From contig OY760074.1 of assembly GCA_963663035.1 (NCBI GenBank), positions 288,001 through 352,000 of the forward strand: a stretch of DNA of 64,000 nt, given 5' to 3'. Every line of letters begins with the position of its first letter. Within the stretch, counting starts at the first letter, position 1. Source of the DNA: Acidobacteriota bacterium. GTDB lineage: Bacteria > Acidobacteriota > UBA6911 > RPQK01 > JADFOI01. This document shows, piece by piece, positions 30,076 through 39,116 of the stretch. Below the pieces are notes generated by a model. That model saw only the letters and a program-made list of their open reading frames with translations. It was not told where the DNA came from and did not search any database. The translations under genes and the position numbers were made by a program.

Positions 30076-32325
30076 TTAAAACATGTCGAACATATGAGTA
30101 TATTTGAAAGTCAAAGATTTATCCGCTTCACCTGCCTGGAAACTGTCTCGCTCTTCGTTGTAGACGATGAAGATATCACTCAGGGGACGGTGAATCAGGT
30201 TAAAGCGAAGGTTTGAGCTGACCTGGCGCCGCTCACTGTTATATTGAACAAATGCACTCACAAACATCTGGGTGTTAAAGGCGTACTCCAGACGCGTATT
30301 GATCAATCGACTGGTCAAATTCCCTTGTTGGAGCTTCAGGTCGTCCCACTGAAATCTGCCGCTAGCCGTCAATTTGTAATTGGGTTTAAAAGACAGGCTG
30401 AGCCGGACGCCCTTGCTGGAGCCATCCCAGAAGTCACCCGTTTCATAGCGCACGCTTCCCGAGATCCGATCACTGGTATCGGAGCGAAATTCGGTGAACC
30501 AACGATTGAAGTTGTAGTCTCCAGAAGCAATCTCTTGCCCACCAATGAAAAACTGCTCATCCTCCCTCTCAAACCTGAGTGTCCGACCCACCTGGAAGCT
30601 TCCTCCATCCTCCAAACTGATTTGGAATTTCAAATCAGTAATCCTGGTGACCAGGCGGCCTTCCTGGTCGTTGATGTACTGCAGCTGGGCATTGGGGAAA
30701 AATTCCCGAATCCAGGAAATACTTCTGGGACGGGGACGCAATCCAACGAATGCAGTGCCCTTCCGAATATCGCGGCGGGGTACGAATCCCACTTCAGCGT
30801 TAAAGTTCTCCCCAACATCCAAATAATCGGTACGTGCCTCCCAAAGATTGGTCTTCCATTCGACCCAGGTCCGGCCGGCCATATCGCCTGTCTCGAAGCC
30901 TGGGGTTCTGGTCGCTGCCAGAAAAGAAGTGATACGCAGATTTTGCCAGAAACGAAAGCTGGCATCCACACCGAAGGTGCGATTGTAGTCGCCCGACTGA
31001 TCCGACTGTCGGTTGATGACCAAGGTCCCCAGCTCCGACTGAGCCAGAATGTTTCGTTTCAGACGGAGCACGGTAAAGTTATGGGCGGGCTCAGGATCGG
31101 ATTCTCGGGTCTGCATATTGAAAAGACCCAGACTGTAGTCACCCACTCGACCGGTGAAGCGGGCTCCTGCTAAAACGGGCACAGGCTGTCCATCAGAAGA
31201 GAGACCAATGCGGCGGCTGAAGAAGGGGATAAAGTCGCGAGTACTGGGCCCTGATCGGTCCGTTTGAGCAAAGAGGAAAATGCCGCTGTTTTCCAGGAAA
31301 AAGTCACGCTTCTCCGGGAAAAACAGGCTAAAGCGAGTCAGGTTAATTTGCTGTTCATCCACTTCCACCTGCGAGAAGTCGGTATTCAGGGTGGCATCCA
31401 GGGTGAGACCAGAAGTCAGGCTATATTTGAGATCCAGCCCAGGATCGAAAAGGGTGTCAAAATCATCTCCAGAAAACTTCCGAAATTGTGAGGTCAAATA
31501 GGGCTTGACCTTGAAGTTCCGACCAGGATGGACATCCTCAACACCTCTTAGTGTTCCGGCGAAGGAGACATTAAAAGAGGCAAAACTGCGAGGGATGGGA
31601 GCCCAAAAGCTCTGCTCGGACCTCCGCCGAATGCGCCTTTGGAAATTGATGCCCCAGCTTTGCACCCTCGATTCTGAAAATCTTAACGATTTGAAAGGGA
31701 TTCTGACTTCCGCAAACCATCCTTCTTCTGTGACTTTTGTCTTGGCCCCGTCTCGATTCACTTAACGGATTCTGACTTCAAACCATCCTTCTTCTGTGAC
31801 TTTTGTCTTGGCGTCCCACACGGTTTCCCAGGCGGGATTTTCATTCCTGCCTTGATCGACAGACTGGACGTCGCGTTTGGCTCCGGCTGGGTTGATGTAA
31901 AAGCCGAACGCGTTGCGGTCATCATTGAAGGTGTCCAGATAAATTGAGAATCCATCATTCTCTCGAATGGCGAAGTCTTCCTTCAAACTGTTGATGATGA
32001 CCTTATCCGGTTCGGATTCAAAAGCAGATATCCCGAAATAAATGGCCTTGTCATCGTATAGGATCCGCACTTCCGTTTTTTCGGTGGCAGGTTCTCCCTG
32101 GAAAGGTTCCCTTTGAGTGAAATCGGCGGCGGGCTCAGCTTCCGCCCAGGCCGGCTCGTCCAGCACGCCGTCAAGCTCAATGGGCATGTTCGTAAGGTGG
32201 GCAAAAATATTCCTGTCCTGGGGATTGGCGTTGGCAGAATCCTGCCCGGCCACTGGCAGGCAACAGAGAAGAACCACAAAACCCAACCTGTACAGCAGAG
32301 GCCCAAGTCCCCGTTGAATCGTCAC
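30076..32325 (-). pseudogene. CBM9/DUF5916-like paralog 4, split by a local degenerate duplication near 31746-31812
   Basis: ORFs 31762..32325 and 30076..31761 both encode AKTKVTEEGWF(A)EVRI; the segment is duplicated with a stop between copies. Confidence 0.8.
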
Positions 32326-32344
32326 AGCGGCCAGCCCCCCGACC

Positions 32345-34240
32345 CTAGCGCAGCTCGGCTGCGAGTTGATCCTGGCCCGAGCGATTGTCGTAGACGATTT
32401 TGCCGCTGAGACCGGTCATGACTGACTTCAGGTCCAGGATGTCGTCTATGGGGATGGTAAAGTAATCTCTGTCCAGGACCGCAAAGTCTGCGTATTTTCC
32501 GGGCTCCAGCGTCCCGATCGTATCCTCGGCCAACATGTATTCAGAAGCCCAGATGGTAGCCATTTTCAGTGCTGTGACCCGATCGATTGCCTCATCAGGA
32601 AGCAGGGTCACGGAGTCTGGGTAGGTCCTGGAGACCGGTGTTTTTCGTGTCACCAGCGTATAGATGGGCGTCCAAAAATTGGTGCCGGCGGCCTCAAAAG
32701 TCACCCGAACTCCTTGATTGATCCAGGTCTTGACCGGCATGGCATACTCTCTCAGTTCCTCACCGTAATCATCGATCAGCTTGGGAATCTCAGCCAGGTA
32801 GCTGGTGTTGACATTCAGGATGATTCCGTACTTCTTAATCCCCGCCATCACGTCAGGCACATTGCCCAGCACCTGGTTGTGTTCCAAGGTCAGTCTGAGA
32901 TCCCTGACATACTCGACTGAGAAGTTCGCTTCCTCCATGGCTTCTTCGAGCATCTGGATATAGAGTCGCACTCCGTGGGGGGAAGTCCCGTGGACTCCGG
33001 CCGCCCGCCATCCATTGATGAGTCCCGCACGAAGAGCTACCCAGGCCTTCAGGTCCGGATTGGGACACCGCTCGCGGGACTTGATGTCCGCAGGGGCGTC
33101 GACATCGGGCCCCATGCAGATGTTGTTCTGGGTGGAATCCCAGATTTCGTGGCACATCCCGTTGAGCCACATCATCTCGCCCCCATTGGCATGATCTGTC
33201 CAGGGGGCTCCGTACCCTCGATAGAACTGGTCGATGCTCTCGCGGTTGAAAAGGATTCCTCTCTGCGATTCGATGTAGTAGGCCAGGCGGTGGGGCAGTC
33301 GACCCTCCCGATTCAAGAGGCTGTAGGCGGCCACTGTTCTGGGGTACAAAAGTCGTGTGGCTACTGTAGTGATGCCATTTTTGATGACATCCAATCCCTG
33401 CAGCCGCATCACTTCCGCCAGGTCGGAAAGAGGTTTATCCTTCCACCAAAACTCAAAGGTCATTGCGCCCTGTTCGGGAACGGCAAAATAGCCATTCTGC
33501 GAGGACCCAGGACCGGTTTCCAGGTCTGTGCTTTCCGCCCAGTCGTGGAAGACTTCCTCGAATTCGGCGATCGCTACTGAATTAAAGTATCCACCGATTC
33601 CTCCCCAGACCATCACCGGGTGGTCTGGAGTCGCTGCATCCAATTGCCGTCTGTTGAGCTTTCCCACATAAAACCAGGTGCGGTTGGTACCAGGAAGATT
33701 CTCCGGGCCCTCTTGAACAGAGACACTAATCCACTGGCCCTTGGCAATGTTTTGCGCTTGAATGGCGTTGACCACCCCGTCCCTGATCCTCTTGGCGGTC
33801 GCCTCCGGAGTAGTGTCTGCAACCACGGTCAGCCGGATGCTGGGATCGGTCAGCCCAAAGTCAGGGCCATACCTTCTGGCTGCGGTGCTAAACAGATGGT
33901 AGTGAGTTTGAATCAAGCCCGGGATAACGGTCCGGCTGCCCAAATCGACGGTCTCTGTTTGGGATCCAGCCAACATCTTCATTTCTTCATCGGTTCCCAG
34001 AGCCATAATCTTTTTCCCTTTGATGGCCATCGCCTCAAAGATCTGTCCGGTCGTGTTGGGAACGTAGCTCCGGTCATCCATGCTGACAATCTTTCCGTTC
34101 ACCAGTATGGTGTCGGCATAGCCCAGTTCGTCCACCAAAGCGGGGCGCTCCTGGGACAGGCCAGGACCAGTCAGGAGCAGCCCGAGCATAAGAAATGTGA
34201 AAGGGATAGAGAATGTTCTTCTCATAAATATGTTTGCCAT
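32345..34240 (-). CDS. Secreted amidohydrolase_3 (YtcJ-like) family protein, paralog A
   Basis: Signal peptide, ADTILVNGKIVSMD, PGLIQTHYH, GTLEPGKYADFAVLDRDY; GGAGG RBS. Confidence 0.85.
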   Translation of the reverse strand: MANIFMRRTFSIPFTFLMLGLLLTGPGLSQERPALVDELGYADTILVNGKIVSMDDRSYVPNTTGQIFEAMAIKGKKIMALGTDEEMKMLAGSQTETVDLGSRTVIPGLIQTHYHLFSTAARRYGPDFGLTDPSIRLTVVADTTPEATAKRIRDGVVNAIQAQNIAKGQWISVSVQEGPENLPGTNRTWFYVGKLNRRQLDAATPDHPVMVWGGIGGYFNSVAIAEFEEVFHDWAESTDLETGPGSSQNGYFAVPEQGAMTFEFWWKDKPLSDLAEVMRLQGLDVIKNGITTVATRLLYPRTVAAYSLLNREGRLPHRLAYYIESQRGILFNRESIDQFYRGYGAPWTDHANGGEMMWLNGMCHEIWDSTQNNICMGPDVDAPADIKSRERCPNPDLKAWVALRAGLINGWRAAGVHGTSPHGVRLYIQMLEEAMEEANFSVEYVRDLRLTLEHNQVLGNVPDVMAGIKKYGIILNVNTSYLAEIPKLIDDYGEELREYAMPVKTWINQGVRVTFEAAGTNFWTPIYTLVTRKTPVSRTYPDSVTLLPDEAIDRVTALKMATIWASEYMLAEDTIGTLEPGKYADFAVLDRDYFTIPIDDILDLKSVMTGLSGKIVYDNRSGQDQLAAELR

Positions 34241-34421
34241 CTGAACCTCCTGTGTTCTGTTCTTTTTACCCAGTTCTTAATCACCCTTCCACAAGACTGT
34301 TTGCGCGTAGGCTCCTGCCAGAAGATAGATCACAAAGATGATTGGTAGTTGGGATGGTAGAACCCAGTCGTGGAGTTGTCAACTGGTGGCTGCCGCACCA
34401 GTTGTTGCACTCCAGTGGTGT

Positions 34422-34453
34422 TGATTGACATGCCAATCAGTGCTCAATATACT
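34422..34453 (+). promoter_or_regulatory. Sigma70 promoter with a palindromic operator over the -35 box
   Basis: TTGACA (34425-34430), 17-nt spacer, TATACT (34448-34453). Near-perfect palindrome TGATTGACATGCCAATCA (34422-34439). Confidence 0.75.
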
Positions 34454-34484
34454 CCCGCCCAAAAAGAGAGAGGGGTGTAAGGCG

Positions 34485-35312
34485 ATGGCGAAAAAATCAT
34501 ATAAGACCGTCAAAGTTGAAAAGGAACAGGGAATAACCTGGGTCACTCTCAACAGGCCGGAAAAACGCAATGCCATGAATCCGCAGCTTCATTTTGAGAT
34601 GGTTGATGTGCTCGCTGAGTTAGAGGTAGACGATGAGACACGAGTACTGGTGCTGACAGGTGCTGGTGACAGCTGGTGTGCGGGTCAGGATCTCAAGGAG
34701 TTTTTTCGCGAGCTGGATGACAAGCCCGCCCAACGGCGACGCGCCGAGTGGGCCACTCATGAGTGGCGCTGGCGGAACCTGTTGACCTTCCCCAAGCCCA
34801 CCATTGCCATGGTCAACGGCTACTGCTTTGGTGGAGCCTTTACTCAGTTGATCGCCTGCGATATTGCCATTGCTGCCGAGGATGCCATCTTTGGTCTGAG
34901 CGAGATCAACTTCGGGATCTTTCCTGGGGGGTTGGTGAGCCGCGTGATCGCCGATGCCATGAGCTATCGCGATGCCCTTTACTACAGTCTGACGGGTGAC
35001 ACCTTTGATGGACGGCAGGCCGCGGCCATGCGCTTGGTGACCTTCGCTGTTCCGGCCGACAAGTTGCGCGAGGAGACAGTGAAGCTTGCAAAAAAGCTCA
35101 TGGAGAAGAACCCCCACGCTCTTCGAGCAGCCAAGGAAGTTTTTAAAACCTGCCGCAACATGGACTACACAGTGGCTGAAGAGTACATTGGTGCCAAGAT
35201 TCTTGCCCTTCGGGCCACAGATCCGGAGCGTGGCCGCGACAAGGGGATAGACCAGTTCATTTCTGAAAAGAAATACCGCCCGGGACTTGAATCCTATGAC
35301 CGCGACTCTTGA
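34485..35312 (+). CDS. p-Hydroxycinnamoyl-CoA hydratase/lyase (feruloyl-CoA hydratase, crotonase family)
   Basis: LNRPEKRNAMNP, AGQDLKEFFRE, GYCFGGAF, LSEINFGIFPGG and C-terminal YRPGLESY typical of HCHL. Start set downstream of the promoter. Confidence 0.85.
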   Translation: MAKKSYKTVKVEKEQGITWVTLNRPEKRNAMNPQLHFEMVDVLAELEVDDETRVLVLTGAGDSWCAGQDLKEFFRELDDKPAQRRRAEWATHEWRWRNLLTFPKPTIAMVNGYCFGGAFTQLIACDIAIAAEDAIFGLSEINFGIFPGGLVSRVIADAMSYRDALYYSLTGDTFDGRQAAAMRLVTFAVPADKLREETVKLAKKLMEKNPHALRAAKEVFKTCRNMDYTVAEEYIGAKILALRATDPERGRDKGIDQFISEKKYRPGLESYDRDS

Positions 35313-35330
35313 GTGATCCAACGAGACAGT

Positions 35331-36497
35331 ATGGATTTCAACTTATCTGACGAACTGCTGATGCTGAAGGAGACGGTTCGGCGGTTCGTAGACGAGGAGC
35401 TGATTCCGCTGGAGGCACATTACCGCCCTGAAGCCGACGCCATGCCGGAGGAGCTTCTCCGTCCCTTGCAGAAGAAGGCCAGGTCCATTGGCTTGTGGCT
35501 GCTGGATGTCCCCAAAGAATATGGTGGAGCCGAGCTGGATCTCCTGACTCGCTGTGTCATTGCAGAGGAGGTCGGTCGAACCGTGGTGATCCCCTACCGA
35601 CTCAATGAAGTCTTTGGTCCGGAAGTACGTCCTCCCCTGTTTTACTGCAATGAGGAGCAAAAGGAACGGTACCTCCACCCGGTATTGAAGGGGGAGAAGC
35701 GGATGTGTTTTGCGCTGACCGAGCCCGACGCCGGCTCGGACCCGGCTGGTATGCAAACGTCTGCCGTCCGCGATGGGGACGACTTTGTGATCAACGGAAC
35801 CAAACGCTTCATCAGTGGCGCAGGTTACTCGGACTTTGCCCAGGTGATGGCCTTGACGGACCCCGAGAAACGTGCCCGCGGTGGCATCACCTCATTTCTG
35901 GTGGACCTGGATACCCCGGGGGTGAACCTCACACGCCAACAGCCGACCATGATGGGAGATGCCCCCTGGGAGATTGTCTTTGACAATGTCCGGGTTCCTG
36001 CCTCCAGGGTGTTGGGTGAGGTGGGCGCCGGATTCTCCCTGGCCCAGGAATGGCTCACCGATGGGCGGGTGCGCTGCCATGGCGCACAGAGCGTTGGGAT
36101 GGCCCAGCGTGCACTGGATATGATGATGGAGTATGCCCAGGACCGCGTTACCTTTGGAAAGCCTCTGTCCCAGCGGCAGGCGGTGCAGTTTATGATCGCC
36201 AACTCTGCTATGGAAGTGCACGCAGCCCGGCTAATGGTCTATGAGTGCGCCTGGCGTCACGACCGCAACGAGAATGTCCGCGACAGCTCCTATATGGTGA
36301 AGATCACCTGCACCGAGATGGCCAGTCAGGTGGTCGATCGGGCCATCCAGGTGTTTGGAGGGATGGGGCTCACCAGGGAACTACCTCTGGAGTGGATGTA
36401 CCGGCAGCTTCGCAGCATCCGGATCACGGAAGGCGCCACAGAGGTTCTGCGCTGGCGGCTGGCTCAAAACCTCATGAAGAAACGCAGCCGACATTGA
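35331..36497 (+). CDS. Acyl-CoA dehydrogenase
   Basis: FALTEPDAGSD, INGTKRFISGA, RVTFGKPLSQRQ, IQVFGGMG, RITEGATEV. Confidence 0.93.
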   Translation: MDFNLSDELLMLKETVRRFVDEELIPLEAHYRPEADAMPEELLRPLQKKARSIGLWLLDVPKEYGGAELDLLTRCVIAEEVGRTVVIPYRLNEVFGPEVRPPLFYCNEEQKERYLHPVLKGEKRMCFALTEPDAGSDPAGMQTSAVRDGDDFVINGTKRFISGAGYSDFAQVMALTDPEKRARGGITSFLVDLDTPGVNLTRQQPTMMGDAPWEIVFDNVRVPASRVLGEVGAGFSLAQEWLTDGRVRCHGAQSVGMAQRALDMMMEYAQDRVTFGKPLSQRQAVQFMIANSAMEVHAARLMVYECAWRHDRNENVRDSSYMVKITCTEMASQVVDRAIQVFGGMGLTRELPLEWMYRQLRSIRITEGATEVLRWRLAQNLMKKRSRH

Positions 36498-37699
36498 TGG
36501 ATACACCGGGTGGGTCCCTGTTATCGGGCTACCGGGTTCTGGATATCAGTACCGCCATGGGAGCATTCTGCGGGAAGCTTCTGTGCGACCTGGGGATGGA
36601 GGTCATCAAGGTCGAACCCCCGGGCGGTGATGGGCTGCGACGTGAACCCCCCTTCGCCCATGGACACACCGACAGTGAAGGCAGTCTTCGCTTTGCCTAT
36701 CTGAATGCCGGCAAGCGGGGCATTACGCTGGATCTCACCCATCCGGCCGGGCGAGATCTGTTCCTGGATCTTCTCGAGCGGGTGGATATTGTTTTAGAGA
36801 GCTCTGGTCCGGATCATCTGGAAACACTCAACCTCAGCTATTCCATTCTCACTGAGCGCCAGCCCAAGCTCATCGTTGTTTCACTCTCAGGCTTTGGCCA
36901 AGGCGGACCCTACAGTCACTTTCGATCGCCCGACATCGTCACCACTGCCATGAGTGGACTGCTGTACGTTAGTGGCGATCCCCAGCTGCCGCCCTGCATG
37001 CCTCCTGAAACTCAGTCCTACTATTACGCCGGACTCTACGCCGCCTACGGGGTGATGCTGGCACTGTGGCGCCGAGAGGAGCAGGGACAGGGTGTGTATA
37101 TCGACGCCTCGGTTCAGGCCAGTCTGGCCATTCACGAACACGTTGCCTTCACTTACTCCGCAGAAGGGAGGCTGGTGAAACGGGCCGGAAGCCAACACCA
37201 GCATGTGGCGCCGGCTAACCTCTTTCGCTGCCAGGACGGATACATTTCTCTTTTCGCAACCCATCGCCATTGGCCCATTCTTCTCGAGGTCTGGGAGGAC
37301 CATCCTGAGGAACTGGACGATCCCCGCTGGAAGACCGACACGGAACGCCGAGCCCACGCTGATTGGCTCAATCCGCTGGTCGAGTCCTTTACCTCTCGCT
37401 ACAAAAAGGACGAGCTTGCCCACCTCTTACAGAAGCGTGGCATTCCAGGCCTACCCGTCAACACCCCATCGGAGTTTCAGCAGGATCCTCATATCCAGGA
37501 TCGGGAGTTCTTCGCTCCCGTGACACACCCTGAGATCGGCACCTACCAGCAGCCAGGTGTTCCCTTCACGGTGGACGGAGATCGCCCAGGGCCGGCGCCC
37601 GCACCGACGCTGGGTCAACATAATCAGGAGGTCTACGGCGATGAGCTGGGCCTGACCCAGAAAGAGATCGACAACCTGGCCTCCAAAGGGCTGATATGA
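36497..37699 (+). CDS. Family III CoA-transferase (CaiB/BaiF), subunit 1
   Basis: LSGYRVLD, EVIKVEPPGGD, NAGKRGITLDL, APTLGQHN; ATG overlaps the upstream TGA. Confidence 0.9.
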   Translation: MDTPGGSLLSGYRVLDISTAMGAFCGKLLCDLGMEVIKVEPPGGDGLRREPPFAHGHTDSEGSLRFAYLNAGKRGITLDLTHPAGRDLFLDLLERVDIVLESSGPDHLETLNLSYSILTERQPKLIVVSLSGFGQGGPYSHFRSPDIVTTAMSGLLYVSGDPQLPPCMPPETQSYYYAGLYAAYGVMLALWRREEQGQGVYIDASVQASLAIHEHVAFTYSAEGRLVKRAGSQHQHVAPANLFRCQDGYISLFATHRHWPILLEVWEDHPEELDDPRWKTDTERRAHADWLNPLVESFTSRYKKDELAHLLQKRGIPGLPVNTPSEFQQDPHIQDREFFAPVTHPEIGTYQQPGVPFTVDGDRPGPAPAPTLGQHNQEVYGDELGLTQKEIDNLASKGLI

Positions 37700-37746
37700 A
37701 GGGGAAGGAGGCAGGAGGCAGGAGACAGGAGGAGAAATATGGGTAC

Positions 37747-37823
37747 GGCCCGCAGGCTGAAGCCTGCGGCTCTGACGGAACTTAAGAGGCTCAGACAGAG
37801 CCGTGGGCTTTAGCCCACGGGCC
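37747..37823. repeat. Inverted pair of REP-like hairpins
   Basis: GGCCCGCAGGCTGAAGCCTGCGGCTCTG ... CAGAGCCGTGGGCTTTAGCCCACGGGCC. Confidence 0.8.
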
Positions 37824-37868
37824 AGGTGGCCAGGTCTGTTTTCTATGGCTTAAGGAGCACTATCCACT

Positions 37869-39077
37869 GTGTCTAGCACGAACCGAATTCTAGAGGGCAT
37901 TCGCGTGATCGCCTTCACCAATGCCTATGCCGGTCCCTACGCGGGACGGCTTCTAGCCCAGCACGGCGCCGAGGTCATCAAGGTGGAATCTCGAAGCGGT
38001 GGGCTGGACACCTTTCGCCACTTTGGCAAGGACCTGGAGTCTTCGGCCCGCTTCATTGAGTGCAACCTTGGAGTTCGATCCCTCACCCTGAATCTCAAAC
38101 ACCCGGTCGGGGTTCAGATCATCAAGGACCTGTCAGCTTGTTCTGATGCGGTGCTGGAGAACTTTCGACCCGGGGTTCTGACGCGCCTGGGCCTCGGAGA
38201 GGAAGAACTCAGGCAGGTGAATCCAGGGATCATTATTCTCAGGATGCCCGGGCTGGGGGAGAAGGGACCGAAGAGCTGGTATGGTACCTGGGGTTTCAAC
38301 CTCACAGCTTTCTCCGGCATGACCTCTCTGTGGAACCACCCCGGCCAGGAGCGTCCCATCGGTAGCCAGGGAGTCTATCCCGATCATTTGAGTTTCATCA
38401 TGGCTCCCACGCTGTTGGTGGCCGCATTGCTGAGGCGTCGGTCGTCAAAGCGGGGTGTCACCATCGATCTGGCCCAGGCGGAGGCCATGGCCTATGCTCT
38501 GGGTGTGAGCTATCTAGAGATGGCAGTCAACGGGAAAGCTCCCCAACCACAAGGCAACCACGACCCGGTGGCTTCTCCACACGGATGCTACCGCTGTGAC
38601 GGCGATGATCGTTGGTGTGTTATTTCCATCAGAACCGATCAGGAGTGGCGCAAGTTCTGCCGTGTCATGGGACGAGAGGAGTTGGCAGAGTCCACTCAGT
38701 TTTCTGAGCAAAGTGCCCGCCTCAAACATGCTTCTGATCTGGATGGGATTGTCCAGGAGTGGACCCAATTGCGATCCCCTGAGAGTGTGATGAAAGAGCT
38801 TCAGGCAGAAGGGATTGCTGCTGGGGTGGTCCAGGACGGCGCTCAGCTCATGAAGGACCCACAGCTTCGTCACCGCAGTTATTTTGAGAATTTCCCCAGC
38901 TCGTCCTTCGGACCCATGGAGATCCCGCGCAGCGCACTGCAATTCGGTGGGATGACCGATGACCCCCTCTCCCTGCCCTCCGCTCTGGGCCAGGACACAG
39001 ATACCATCCTGCAGGATCTTCTGGGATACGATGAAGAAACCATCGATGAGTGGAGGAAAGAAGGGGTCCTGAGCTGA
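37869..39077 (+). CDS. Family III CoA-transferase, subunit 2
   Basis: AGPYAGRLLAQHGAEVIKVE, ENFRPGVL, GVYPDH, PHGCYRC, LGQDT. Confidence 0.9.
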   Translation: MSSTNRILEGIRVIAFTNAYAGPYAGRLLAQHGAEVIKVESRSGGLDTFRHFGKDLESSARFIECNLGVRSLTLNLKHPVGVQIIKDLSACSDAVLENFRPGVLTRLGLGEEELRQVNPGIIILRMPGLGEKGPKSWYGTWGFNLTAFSGMTSLWNHPGQERPIGSQGVYPDHLSFIMAPTLLVAALLRRRSSKRGVTIDLAQAEAMAYALGVSYLEMAVNGKAPQPQGNHDPVASPHGCYRCDGDDRWCVISIRTDQEWRKFCRVMGREELAESTQFSEQSARLKHASDLDGIVQEWTQLRSPESVMKELQAEGIAAGVVQDGAQLMKDPQLRHRSYFENFPSSSFGPMEIPRSALQFGGMTDDPLSLPSALGQDTDTILQDLLGYDEETIDEWRKEGVLS

Positions 39078-39084
39078 AAAAAGT

Positions 39085-39113
39085 TCAGAGCCGTGGGCTT
39101 TAGCCCACGGGCC
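39085..39113. repeat. Single REP-like hairpin between convergent genes (possible terminator role)
   Basis: TCAGAGCCGTGGGCTTTAGCCCACGGGCC. Confidence 0.75.
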
Positions 39114-39116
39114 CTC

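Noticed and set aside
21910-32325. Diversity-generating retroelement acting on the paralogs
   Set aside because: No reverse transcriptase in the window; 3' ends are conserved rather than variable; differences are not adenine-specific.
36245-36496. N-terminal extensions given by the ORF track (also 16826, 34425, 43010, 60790)
   Set aside because: They overlap upstream genes, promoters or repeats; downstream starts with an RBS or stop-start coupling fit family N-termini better.
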